This document shows, piece after piece, positions 18,994-28,767 of a DNA stretch of 64,000 bases (position 1 is its first letter; every line of letters starts with the position of its first letter). The notes beneath the pieces were generated by a model, which saw nothing but the letters and a program-made list of their open reading frames with translations, was not told the origin of the DNA and did no database searches. A program made the position numbers and the translations under genes. Source of the stretch: Candidatus Hermodarchaeota archaeon. Its GTDB lineage: Archaea > Asgardarchaeota > Lokiarchaeia > Sigyniarchaeales > SOKP01. The stretch is taken from contig JBHLLO010000010.1 of assembly GCA_048885535.1 (NCBI GenBank), positions 4,741-68,740 on the forward strand, in the 5' to 3' direction.

Positions 18994-20901
18994 ATGAACA
19001 ATATTCAGTATTTTGAGCAATATATTGAAAACAAAATATTATCACGGAAAAATTTAGAAAAACTTCTTCTTTTAAATAACAAACGTGTATTAAAAATCGT
19101 AAAAGAATTTGTAGATTTATGTAAACCAAGTAAAATTACAGTTATTTCGGATGCTCAGGAGGATATTGAATATATTAAACAGAAAACAATTGAAAATAGA
19201 GAAGAAATGAAACTATCTTTAGAAGGACATACAGTTCACTATGATGGATTCATTAACAATTCAAATCATGACCAAGCAAGAGATAAGGAAAACACTCAAG
19301 TTCTAGTATCAAAAAATGAAACAAATAAATACCCTTGGATAAATACAATGGAAAGAGAAGAAGGTTTAAAAGAAATCTTAAGTATTATGGATGGTTGTAT
19401 GCACGGACATGAATGTATTATTAGGTTTTATTGTCTCGGACCAAAAAATTCAAAATTTTCTATACTTGCTTTGCAATTAACTGATTCTTTCTATGTTGCA
19501 CATTCAGAAGATCTCCTATACAGATCTGGCTATGAAGAATTTAGGAAATTAGATGATTCTAAAGACTTTTTCTATTTTGTACACTCTTCAGGAGAATTAC
19601 ATGGGGACCCTCCAGTAACCAAAAATTTAACGAAGCGTAGAATATATATTGATTTGCAAGAAGGGCGCGTACTTTCGGTAAACAATCAATATGCTGGAAA
19701 TTCACTCGGATTGAAAAAGCTTGCCTTACGTTTAGCAATCTATAAAGCTAACAATGAAGACTGGTTAGCAGAACATTACTTTATAATGGGTGTCCATCCA
19801 AAAGAAAAAAATAGAATTACATTTTTTTGCGGTGCGTTTCCATCAGCGTGTGGAAAAACATCGACAGCAATGCTCCCAGGTCAGACTATCATCGGAGATG
19901 ATATAGCTTATCTTCGTGACTGGGAGGATGGTTATGCTCATACAGTAAATATTGAAAGGGGAATTTTTGGAATCATTAAGGATGTTAATGCTAAAGATGA
20001 TCCAGTTATATTTTTGGCACTCACAACACCCCGAGAAACTATTTTTTCTAATGTTCTAGTTAAAAATGGAATACCATATTGGATTGGAGATGGAAGAGAA
20101 ATCCCCGAGAATGGCTTTAACTTTTCTGGCAAATGGAAAAAAGGAAAAAAAGATGAAAATGGTAAAGAAATACCGCATGCTCATCCGAATGCCCGTTATA
20201 CCATCCGTATAGAAGAATTAAGTAATGCAGATTCAAATCTCCATAATCCAGATGGGGTGCCAGTCCATGCAATCCTGTATGGAGGACGAGACAGTGACAC
20301 AATGCCACCAATAGTAGAAAGTCTTAATTGGGAACATGGTGTCTTTTTAGGAGCTTCTATTGAATCAGAAACAACTTCAGCAACGATTGGTGCAGAAGGT
20401 ATAAGGACTCAGCAACCAATGGCCAATCTTGATTTTTTGGTAATCCCTTTAGGAAAATATTTAGAAAATCATCAAATTTTTGGAGCAAATTTAAAATATC
20501 CTCCTAAAGTTTTTGCAACCAATTATTTTCTGAAAAGTAAAGAAGGAAAATACCTAAACGGAATGTTTGATAAATTAATATGGATTATGTGGGCAGAAGG
20601 GAGAACTCATAATGAATTTGATGGAATCAAAACACCCATTGGTTATATTCCTAAATATCAGGACTTGAAGAATTTATTTGCCCTATATCTAAATAAAGAA
20701 TATTCTGAGGACGACTATAAAGAACAATTTTCAATCAGAATTCAAAAAGTACTAGAAAAATTAGATAGAGTAAAAAATATGTATCTAAGTGAGGAAAATG
20801 TGCCTAAATTTTTCTGGGATATTCTTAATCAGCAAAAATTTAGCTTAAATGAATTAACTAGTAAATTTAATGAAAATGAAATTTCCCCCTTTTACTTTTA
20901 A
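18994..20901 (+). CDS. pckG: phosphoenolpyruvate carboxykinase (GTP)
   Basis: FPSACGKTS kinase-1a motif, GDDIAY motif, NARYT motif. 635 aa, typical of GTP-dependent PEPCK. Confidence 0.9.
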   Translation: MNNIQYFEQYIENKILSRKNLEKLLLLNNKRVLKIVKEFVDLCKPSKITVISDAQEDIEYIKQKTIENREEMKLSLEGHTVHYDGFINNSNHDQARDKENTQVLVSKNETNKYPWINTMEREEGLKEILSIMDGCMHGHECIIRFYCLGPKNSKFSILALQLTDSFYVAHSEDLLYRSGYEEFRKLDDSKDFFYFVHSSGELHGDPPVTKNLTKRRIYIDLQEGRVLSVNNQYAGNSLGLKKLALRLAIYKANNEDWLAEHYFIMGVHPKEKNRITFFCGAFPSACGKTSTAMLPGQTIIGDDIAYLRDWEDGYAHTVNIERGIFGIIKDVNAKDDPVIFLALTTPRETIFSNVLVKNGIPYWIGDGREIPENGFNFSGKWKKGKKDENGKEIPHAHPNARYTIRIEELSNADSNLHNPDGVPVHAILYGGRDSDTMPPIVESLNWEHGVFLGASIESETTSATIGAEGIRTQQPMANLDFLVIPLGKYLENHQIFGANLKYPPKVFATNYFLKSKEGKYLNGMFDKLIWIMWAEGRTHNEFDGIKTPIGYIPKYQDLKNLFALYLNKEYSEDDYKEQFSIRIQKVLEKLDRVKNMYLSEENVPKFFWDILNQQKFSLNELTSKFNENEISPFYF

Positions 20902-20907
20902 CTATAC

Positions 20908-21588
20908 CTAGATTAAAATTTTTAATCCATCTTTGACTTTATAAGTTCGGCTAAATCGATCAATCTCAATAAATCGTTTTATTTCAAGATTATTCAAGAA
21001 ATCTCTCATTTCAATTGGATCCTTCTTTAGTTTTTCTGCTAAACCTTCAATATCATCTTCAAAAGCACGCAAAGTCTCTATTAATGATGAATAGTTTTCA
21101 TATATTTGATTTATAAGCTGCTTTAATACATTATCAAGATTCTCTCCAGTTCTAGTGCTTGTAGGAAATACCACGGCTTCTTGAGGTAAATAATTTTGAG
21201 CTCGAACCACTTCAGGATGTCTCGCTCCAGCAAGATCCTGCTTATTTGCCAAAAAAATTATTGGAATATCTTGCTTAATTACTTTCCTTATAGAGTTCAA
21301 AATTATTATAGCATCTTCATCTTTCTCAGGATGAGCTGCATCAAAGATAAAAATTATCCCATCAGTTCCCTTTAAAACGACATCTCTCATAACATTAAAT
21401 CTTAATAATCCTGGGGTACCGAAGAGAAATACATCAAAACCATTCAATTTTATACATCCTAGATCCATTCCAACAGTATAGTACTTATTATCCCTCGCTT
21501 TCGCCTCAACATTTAATGAGTTCTCATCGAAATGTTTAATGAAGGAAGATTTTCCACATTGTAGAGGGCCTGATACAACAATCTTCAT
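20908..21588 (-). CDS. MglA/COG2229-like small GTPase with about 60-aa C-terminal winged-helix-like extension
   Basis: G1 is GPLQCGKSS, G3 is FGTPGLLRF (TxPG as in MglA-like proteins), G4 is NKQD. The C-terminal segment (DPIEMRDFLNNLEIKRFIEIDRFSRTYKV) looks like a small wHTH, but that is inference. Confidence 0.65.
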   Translation of the reverse strand: MKIVVSGPLQCGKSSFIKHFDENSLNVEAKARDNKYYTVGMDLGCIKLNGFDVFLFGTPGLLRFNVMRDVVLKGTDGIIFIFDAAHPEKDEDAIIILNSIRKVIKQDIPIIFLANKQDLAGARHPEVVRAQNYLPQEAVVFPTSTRTGENLDNVLKQLINQIYENYSSLIETLRAFEDDIEGLAEKLKKDPIEMRDFLNNLEIKRFIEIDRFSRTYKVKDGLKILI

Positions 21589-21709
21589 TTTGTCGGAGTT
21601 AATTTCTCTAATGTTGTTTATTATTGTTTTATTAACTTCTTTTGTTTTATTATTTCGATTAATATATAGATAATATAAAGCATGTTTTTCCTATATTTGA
21701 TTTTTATAC

Positions 21710-21741
21710 AAGTCTTTAGACTTATTGGATCACAGATCTGT
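21710..21741. promoter_or_regulatory. two adjacent palindromes in the 440-bp divergent intergenic region (AAGTCT-TT-AGACTT and ACAGATCTGT)
   Basis: Inverted repeat at 21710-21723 and a perfect 10-bp palindrome at 21732-21741. They lie about 120-150 bp upstream of the GTPase gene and about 290 bp upstream of hdrA. Function unknown. Confidence 0.2.
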
Positions 21742-22028
21742 CATTGATTTTTTATTAGTATAAGGGCTCATAATCTAATTCATTATTAATTGAAAAGAAA
21801 AATTACTAAAATCTCCAAAATTTATCGAAAATGTGATCGAATACAATAAATAATTGACAGAAAAAGTCCAAATATGGAAATATTTATATATACTTGTGAT
21901 TTAATTTGTTAATTATAACTATATTAGTTTTTAAAATAAACAAACATTTTCAAAAAGGGCTAAATATTCTAAAGCAAGTATTGAAAAACAATAAACCCTA
22001 AAGAAAAAATGATCAAAATTGATGAAAA

Positions 22029-25000
22029 ATGATAAATAGTAATATAATGATTATCGGTGGTGGAATTTCGGGCATTGAAGCAAGCCTTACATTAGCTGAA
22101 CAAGGATATAAAGTAATACTTGTAGAGAAAACATCCTCTGTGGGTGGTCGGATGGCACAGCTAGATAAAACCTTTCCTACTTTAGATTGCTCAATTTGCA
22201 TTTTAGCTCCAAAAATGGTTGAAGTGTCACGTCACCCAAATGTTGAACTATTAGTATATTCAGAAATAAAGGAAGTCGTTGGCGAAGAAGGAGATTTTAA
22301 GGTTAAAGTGCTTAAGAAAGCAAAGTATGTAGACTGGGATGTATGCACAGGTTGTGGGGGTTGTTCTGAAAAGTGCCCTATGAAAAAAATACCTTCCGAA
22401 TTTGAGGAAGGTATGGGTAATAGAACTGCAATATATATACCCTTTCCTCAAGCAGTACCACGTAAAGCAGTAATAGATCCAAATAAGTGCCTTTTTTTAA
22501 CTAAAAATGCTTGCAAAATCTGTGAAAAAGAATGTGAAGCTAACGCAATTAATTGGGATGATAAAGAGGAACTTGTTGAATATAATGTAGCATCAATAAT
22601 CGTTGCTACTGGTTATGACCAAATAGATCCTAGTGTGTTAGATAGATACCATTATGGGGAATATCCTAATGTTATTACTGCTATGCAATATGAAAGATTG
22701 CTAAGTGCTTCAGGTCCAACTGGTGGGGAATTATTACGCCCTTCAGATAAAAAACATGCGTATAATATAGCATTTGTAGCATGTGTTGGGTCTAGAAATG
22801 AAGATATATGTGCTTATTGTTCAAAATTTTGTTGTATGTATATGGCAAAAGAGGGAGTAGTAACCAGAGAGCATGCCCCTGAAACCGATGTCACTATTTA
22901 TTTTAATGACATACGAGTAATCGGTAAGAACCAAGAAGAATTTATAGAAAGAGCTAAGAATGAGTACAATTTACATTATCATCACGGAATACCTGGAGAT
23001 GTTAGAGAAAATCCAGAGAATCAAAATTTATTTGTAAAATCAGCTAATTTGGACACTGGAGAAGTTGAGACTAAAGAGTTTGATCTTATAGTACTCGCAA
23101 ATGCTGTGATACCTAGAAGAGATTCTAATGAACTTGCAAAAATTATAGGGATAGAATGTAATGAATTAGGATTTTTCAAAACTCGAGATTCTACAGAAGA
23201 TTTAAAGTCCACTAGAAATGGAGTATATATAACTGGTTCATGTCAATCTCCTGATGATATTGCTAATTCTGTAGCAAAAGCGGGAGGCGCTGCTGCTTTA
23301 GCAGCTTCTCATGCAGTCCCTTTAAGCAAAGAAGAAACAACTATAAAATTACCTTTATTAAAATCTGTAAATCCAAAGGATAAACCTAGAATTGGAATTT
23401 TTATCTGTAGATGTGGTATCAATATTGCAGGTTATATGGATGTACCAGAATTAGTTGAATATTCAAAGAAATTGCCTAATGTAGTCTATTCCATGGAAAA
23501 TAAATACAGTTGCTCTCAATTAACCCAAGATATCATAAAGGAAAAGATTGAAGAACTCAATTTAAATCGTATAGTGGTTGCAGCATGCACACCACGTACG
23601 CATGAGCCTTTATTTCAGAAAACTATAAGGGAAGCAGGATTAAATGAATATCTATTTAATTTTGTTAGTATTCGTGAACTTGATTCTTGGGTTCATATGA
23701 AAGATAATAAAAAAGCAACTGATAAAGCAAAAGATCTTATAAGAATGGGGGTTGCTAGAGCAATCCATCAAAAACCTGAATACAAAATCAAAGGAAGTGT
23801 AGTTCAAGAAGCATTAGTGGTCGGTGGAGGAATTACAGGAATAAGTGCCGCAATGGAAATTGCTAATAAAGGGTTTAAAGTACACCTTGTCGAACAACAA
23901 GATCATTTAGGTGGACAATTAAATCTAATTTACAAAATTAACTTTGATCGAATAGATTCTAAAGAGTATTTAGAGAATCAATTGATGGAATTTAACAATC
24001 AAAAAAACATAACTACGTATTTAAGTTCAGAAATAATAGAAGTAAAAGGTTCAATAGGCGATTTTAAAGTAAAATTAAAATCAAAAATAAAAGATAAGAT
24101 TATTGATTTAAATATTGGCACTATTATAATCGCCACTGGTGCTTATGAGTATAAACCAAAAGGTTGGTACCATTATGGTGAACATGAAAATGTGATTACT
24201 CAATTAGAATTATCGGGAAAACTGAGGGATAACGAGCTAAATGATGGAGAGACAATTGTGTTTATACATTGTGTGGGTTCTCGCCAGCCAGAAGGAGGTA
24301 ACGGAGTAACGTACTGTTCTCTTATTTGTTGTTCTGAATCAATTCGTCATGCTCTCTATGTAAAGGAGAGATATCCTAATTCTAATATCTACGTTTTATA
24401 TAGGGATATACGAGTTGGAACGGATGAAGAAGTTTTTTATTGGAAAGCTCGAGAAAATGTAAATTATATACGTTTTAATGAATATCCTACTGTAGACATT
24501 GGGAATGGTCAACTAAAGGTAAGAGTGCAAGATATCTTGACTCAAATTGATCTTCTAATAAATGCAGATAAAGTAGTTCTCTCTACACCTTTAATTCCAT
24601 ATGATACACAAAAATTAGGTGAAATGATTAAATGTGCGAGAGACCAGAATGGATTTTTCTTAGAAGCTCACATTAAACTACGACCTGTTGATTTTGCTAC
24701 TGATGGAATATATTTAGCAGGGACTTGTCACAGCCCCAAAGGGATATCTGATTCAATTTCTCAAGGAAGAGGTGCAGCAGCTCATGCTTTAATTCCTCTA
24801 ATTTCAGGAGAAGTTGAAAATGAACCTTTAATCTCCATCGTAAATCCTGCCTTATGTATAGGATGCCAAAAATGTGAAGAAGTGTGCAATTTTGGAGCCA
24901 TTGGTGTTAACTTTGATAGTGCTATTCTTGTTTCTAAGTCTAACCCTTTATTATGTAAAGGATGTGGAGATTGTGCTGCGGCATGCCCAGCAGATGCTAT

Positions 25001-25517
25001 TACAATGAGTCATTTCGCTGATCAACAAATATATCCTATGATTCGAGAGGCTGTCAGAGGAGAATTTATTGACGAGAGACCGCGGATTGTAGCATTTTTA
25101 TGCAATTGGTGTAGTTATGCTGGAGCAGATACATGCGGTGTAAGTCGATTCCAATACCCAACTAATATAAGACCTATTAGAGTAATGTGCACAGGAAGAA
25201 TACCGAAACATTTTATTTTGCAGGCATTCTTAGAAGGTGCTGATGGTGTATTTATCGGTGGATGTCATATTGGGGATTGCCATTATTTAGAAGGCAATTA
25301 TGATATGTTGAGACGATATAATGAAATGAATGAAATATTAGAAAAAGTTGGAATCAGCCGTGATCGCTTTCGGCTTGAATGGATTTCTGCAAGCGAAGGA
25401 AAGCGGTTTTCCCAAGTAATAACCGAATTTGTGAATAAGATAAAAGAATTAGGGCCCTTACCAAGAAAAGGGGATAAAATCGAATCAAAAAAACTAAAAG
25501 CAAAAGAGGTAGTATAA
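22029..25517 (+). CDS. hdrA: HdrA-like flavoprotein with two HdrA-type modules and a fused C-terminal MvhD/FlpD domain
   Basis: Two dinucleotide-binding starts (IIGGGISG near aa 8, VVGGGITG near aa 595). Two CSxxCC motifs (CSKFCC, CSLICC). Several CxxCxxCxxxCP ferredoxin motifs. An internal FICRCGINIAG...AACTPRT Cys-domain. An MvhD-like AFLCNWCSYAGAD...RVMCTGR domain from about nt 25078. Confidence 0.85.
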   Translation: MINSNIMIIGGGISGIEASLTLAEQGYKVILVEKTSSVGGRMAQLDKTFPTLDCSICILAPKMVEVSRHPNVELLVYSEIKEVVGEEGDFKVKVLKKAKYVDWDVCTGCGGCSEKCPMKKIPSEFEEGMGNRTAIYIPFPQAVPRKAVIDPNKCLFLTKNACKICEKECEANAINWDDKEELVEYNVASIIVATGYDQIDPSVLDRYHYGEYPNVITAMQYERLLSASGPTGGELLRPSDKKHAYNIAFVACVGSRNEDICAYCSKFCCMYMAKEGVVTREHAPETDVTIYFNDIRVIGKNQEEFIERAKNEYNLHYHHGIPGDVRENPENQNLFVKSANLDTGEVETKEFDLIVLANAVIPRRDSNELAKIIGIECNELGFFKTRDSTEDLKSTRNGVYITGSCQSPDDIANSVAKAGGAAALAASHAVPLSKEETTIKLPLLKSVNPKDKPRIGIFICRCGINIAGYMDVPELVEYSKKLPNVVYSMENKYSCSQLTQDIIKEKIEELNLNRIVVAACTPRTHEPLFQKTIREAGLNEYLFNFVSIRELDSWVHMKDNKKATDKAKDLIRMGVARAIHQKPEYKIKGSVVQEALVVGGGITGISAAMEIANKGFKVHLVEQQDHLGGQLNLIYKINFDRIDSKEYLENQLMEFNNQKNITTYLSSEIIEVKGSIGDFKVKLKSKIKDKIIDLNIGTIIIATGAYEYKPKGWYHYGEHENVITQLELSGKLRDNELNDGETIVFIHCVGSRQPEGGNGVTYCSLICCSESIRHALYVKERYPNSNIYVLYRDIRVGTDEEVFYWKARENVNYIRFNEYPTVDIGNGQLKVRVQDILTQIDLLINADKVVLSTPLIPYDTQKLGEMIKCARDQNGFFLEAHIKLRPVDFATDGIYLAGTCHSPKGISDSISQGRGAAAHALIPLISGEVENEPLISIVNPALCIGCQKCEEVCNFGAIGVNFDSAILVSKSNPLLCKGCGDCAAACPADAITMSHFADQQIYPMIREAVRGEFIDERPRIVAFLCNWCSYAGADTCGVSRFQYPTNIRPIRVMCTGRIPKHFILQAFLEGADGVFIGGCHIGDCHYLEGNYDMLRRYNEMNEILEKVGISRDRFRLEWISASEGKRFSQVITEFVNKIKELGPLPRKGDKIESKKLKAKEVV

Positions 25518-25520
25518 AAA

Positions 25521-26054
25521 ATGACTCAAATGTTAAAGAAAAATGCTGAAGAATTGAATTTAAAGTTTCGTTATGAAATTACAGAAAAAGTCGGTGCCAA
25601 ATCTCTTTTGAAATGCATCCAATGTGGTGTATGTAGTTCTGGTTGTACGGTTACCGAATATGTAGATTTACAACCACATAGAGTAGTTGCATCCTGTCTT
25701 TTAGGTTTGAAAGAAGAAGTATTATCTAGTAATGCAATCTGGACATGTTCATTATGTCATAGGTGCACTGAAAGATGTCCTAAAAATGTAGATTACTCTT
25801 TTATTTTAGCTTTATTACGAAACTTAGCAGCAAAAGAAGGTAAAATTCCTAAGGAATACTCAAGCACAGTGGAAGTCATTTATGATAATGGTTTTGTTGT
25901 TCCTTTTACTGAGGGATTAAAGAAAAACATTGATAGAAGAAGAGAAAAATTAGGCTTACCTGAGATTATTCCGCCCAATTTAGATGAAATTAAGTTTATA
26001 ATCGATGAAACTGGATTAGGAAAACTTGTAATTAAAAAGGAGGTTGAAAAATAA
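25521..26054 (+). CDS. hdrC: heterodisulfide reductase subunit C-like 2x[4Fe-4S] protein
   Basis: CIQCGVCSSGC and CSLCHRCTERCP motifs. 177 aa. Starts 3 nt after hdrA. Confidence 0.8.
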   Translation: MTQMLKKNAEELNLKFRYEITEKVGAKSLLKCIQCGVCSSGCTVTEYVDLQPHRVVASCLLGLKEEVLSSNAIWTCSLCHRCTERCPKNVDYSFILALLRNLAAKEGKIPKEYSSTVEVIYDNGFVVPFTEGLKKNIDRRREKLGLPEIIPPNLDEIKFIIDETGLGKLVIKKEVEK

Positions 26055-26939
26055 ATGACAAATTACGCTTTATTTTTAGGATGTACAATACCTTTAAAGC
26101 TTCCTCATCTTGAAAAAGCTTTTAGAGATGTAGCAAGTATATTAGGATTAAATTTAAAAGAGATGGAAGGTGTAAGCTGTTGTCCGGAACCAGTATCTTT
26201 GCAATCTTTAAATATTGATACTTGGATAACTCTAGGAGCAAGAAATCTCTCAATAGCCGAAAAAATGGGATTAGATGTATTAACCATCTGTTCTGGATGT
26301 TATGAAACTTTAAAGACGGTAAGTGTATTACTAGAAGAAGATAAAGAATATTTGAAAAAGATAAATCTCTTATTGAAGAAAATTAATCATGAGTATGGAG
26401 GAAAAACTAAGGTATTCCATTTTGTTGAATTATTTACTGAACCTAAATTACTTGATAAAATAAAAAGTTTAGTTGTAAAACCTCTAGATGACTTAAATCT
26501 TGCTGTACATTACGGTTGTCACCTCATAAGACCTAGTAAAATAATGCGTTTTGACCACCCAGAAAAACCTGAAAAAATAGATACTATACTACAAGCTTTA
26601 GGAGCAAGAACTATAGATTTTGCTACAAAATTAGAATGTTGTGGTTATTGCGCTCGTCTTCAAGATGAAATTGGAGAAAAACTCGTGGAAGAAAAAATGA
26701 CAGAACTATGTGAATTTGGTGAAGAAGTTGACGCTTTAATTGGTGTTTGTCCTGCCTGTGTGACCCAATATGACCGGAAAGAAAAAATAATAGCTAGAAG
26801 GTCTGGAAAGGAATTAGATATTCCTGTTCTCTATTTGGCTGAAGTTATGGCATTAGCATTAGGAGTAAGTATTGAGGATCTTAGTTTAAAAAATAGAAGT
26901 GTGAAGCCTAATAAATTGATTGAGAAATTAACCATATAA
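26055..26939 (+). CDS. hdrB: heterodisulfide reductase subunit B-like protein (two CCG-type Cys-rich domains)
   Basis: FLGCTIP start. First Cys-rich motif is SCCPEP...CSGC. Second is HYGCH...ECCGYCA...CPACV. Abuts hdrC with no spacer. Confidence 0.85.
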   Translation: MTNYALFLGCTIPLKLPHLEKAFRDVASILGLNLKEMEGVSCCPEPVSLQSLNIDTWITLGARNLSIAEKMGLDVLTICSGCYETLKTVSVLLEEDKEYLKKINLLLKKINHEYGGKTKVFHFVELFTEPKLLDKIKSLVVKPLDDLNLAVHYGCHLIRPSKIMRFDHPEKPEKIDTILQALGARTIDFATKLECCGYCARLQDEIGEKLVEEKMTELCEFGEEVDALIGVCPACVTQYDRKEKIIARRSGKELDIPVLYLAEVMALALGVSIEDLSLKNRSVKPNKLIEKLTI

Positions 26940-27017
26940 TTTTTTTAAATTAGTATAAAGAAATAAATTTTTTATAAAAATCTAAAAAAAATGAAAAGAA
27001 ATAGAGAGTTGTGAAAA

Positions 27018-27716
27018 ATGATAATAACCCAAATAAAAGATATTGAAGAAATATATGAATATATAAAACCATATTCCAAGATTTTAGTTGCCGGTTGCGA
27101 TGGATGTTGTCAACCTCCTCGATCTTTAAATGAGGCGAAGTTGTTAGGACAACTTTTAGAATTAAAAGCAAGAACAGAAGGAAAGATAATTAAGTGGAAA
27201 GCTATTACAGTTTTAAGACAATGTGATGATAGGATTGCTGCAACGACTGTAAAACCTGTATTAGAAGAATATGAAGCTGTTATTACTTTAGCCTGTGGCT
27301 TAGGTGTTGTTATGATGAATAAAGTTCTACCACAGAAACTCACTTTTCCCGCTCAAAACAGCATGTTTGGAGGATCACAAAGTAATGGGGAAAATAATTA
27401 CATTGAGCTGTGTGAAACTTGTGGAGATTGCATTATTGGGGAAACTGGAGGAGTCTGTCCTAGGGCAGGTTGTGCAAAACATTTAAGTAATGGACCTTGC
27501 GGAGGAATGGTTGATGGGAAGTGCGAAGTTAGAGGTTACACCGTACCATGCGCTTGGGTTGAAATCTGGAAACGCTTAAAAGAATTCAACCGGCTTGATT
27601 TATTTAAAAAGTATAGAGGTCCGAGAGATTATAGAACCTCAACTAGTCCCGGATATATGGAAATTTATAAAGAATACACGAATGTAGAACAAGAAAAGGA
27701 GGAGGTGAAGGACTAA
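27018..27716 (+). CDS. metV: MetV-like protein (methylene-tetrahydrofolate reductase C-terminal domain family), copy 1
   Basis: CxxCGDC...GGVCP...CAKHLSNGPCGG...GKCEV Cys-rich signature. Sits immediately upstream of metF. Confidence 0.75.
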   Translation: MIITQIKDIEEIYEYIKPYSKILVAGCDGCCQPPRSLNEAKLLGQLLELKARTEGKIIKWKAITVLRQCDDRIAATTVKPVLEEYEAVITLACGLGVVMMNKVLPQKLTFPAQNSMFGGSQSNGENNYIELCETCGDCIIGETGGVCPRAGCAKHLSNGPCGGMVDGKCEVRGYTVPCAWVEIWKRLKEFNRLDLFKKYRGPRDYRTSTSPGYMEIYKEYTNVEQEKEEVKD

Positions 27717-28670
27717 ATGGGAAAAAGACCAGCATATAGTAATTTATGCAAAGCAATTGAGTCGGGACATTTTGTTTTTACTGGTGAATTAGAACCTAAA
27801 AAAATACTTGACTTAAAGGATATATTTCATTCTGCTGAAGAAATGAAGAAGACTGGGAAAATTGTGGCAGCGAATGTCACTGATGGTCCACAGGGAGATG
27901 CTTATATGTGTTCATTGGTCCCAAGTTATTTAATCCAGGAAAAAGTAGGGCTTGAAGCGGTGTGGCAAGTCACAGTTAGGGACCGTAATCGAGTTGCCTT
28001 ATTTGGAGATGTCATAGCAGGTGCTGTGTTGGGATTGAAGAATATTTTAACTCTAACTGGAGATCACACATCACTCGGAGATCACAAGAAAGGAAGAGTT
28101 GTTTATGATATAGATAGTACTCAGTTTTGTGAAATGCTTTCAATCATGATCGATGAGGGAACTGATTATGAAGGAAATGAACTTGAGGGTGGTAAGATTG
28201 AAATGAATTATGGATGTGTTGCTAATCCGAATAGTAACCCACGTGAGCCAGAGATTCTTAAAGTTGGGCGTAAAGTAGAACAAGGTGTTGATTTTATTCA
28301 AACACAAACAGCGTTTGATATTGATGAAGCCAAAGATTTCCTTAAGGATCTGGAACAATTCAATGTTCCAGTACTTTTAGGTGTCTTTCCCCTGAAATCT
28401 TATGGAATTGCCTGGTATTTTGATAATTATATTCCTGGAGTTTCAGTTCCAAAAGACCTTCTTAAAGCACTTAAAAAAGCAGAAAAAGACAATAAGGGTA
28501 ATAAATCAGCTAAATATGCGGCACTTGATAAGATAAATCTTGAGTTCTTCGAACCATTTATCAAGGAAATTAAGAAAAACACTAAAGCAGCAGGCGTTCA
28601 CACAATGGCAGTTGAATATGAAAGACTATTCGAGCCTCTTTTAAGAGATTTCCCAGAATATGTTAAATAA
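27717..28670 (+). CDS. metF: 5,10-methylenetetrahydrofolate reductase, copy 1
   Basis: TVRDRN, LTLTGDH and FIQTQxxFD motifs typical of MetF TIM-barrel enzymes. Starts directly after the metV stop. Confidence 0.85.
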   Translation: MGKRPAYSNLCKAIESGHFVFTGELEPKKILDLKDIFHSAEEMKKTGKIVAANVTDGPQGDAYMCSLVPSYLIQEKVGLEAVWQVTVRDRNRVALFGDVIAGAVLGLKNILTLTGDHTSLGDHKKGRVVYDIDSTQFCEMLSIMIDEGTDYEGNELEGGKIEMNYGCVANPNSNPREPEILKVGRKVEQGVDFIQTQTAFDIDEAKDFLKDLEQFNVPVLLGVFPLKSYGIAWYFDNYIPGVSVPKDLLKALKKAEKDNKGNKSAKYAALDKINLEFFEPFIKEIKKNTKAAGVHTMAVEYERLFEPLLRDFPEYVK

Positions 28671-28767
28671 ATTAATGATATTAAATAAAAAAAAGAAATA
28701 CCGTATTTTTAAATAAATGTTTTTTTAAACCGAAAAGGGTAATAAATGACCAGAAAAAGAGTTAATT

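Noticed and set aside
22029-25517. Selenocysteine or other stop-codon recoding in hdrA, msrB (16207-16611) or other redox genes
   Set aside because: All of these ORFs are uninterrupted, with Cys at the relevant positions. No in-frame TGA/TAG needs to be read through.
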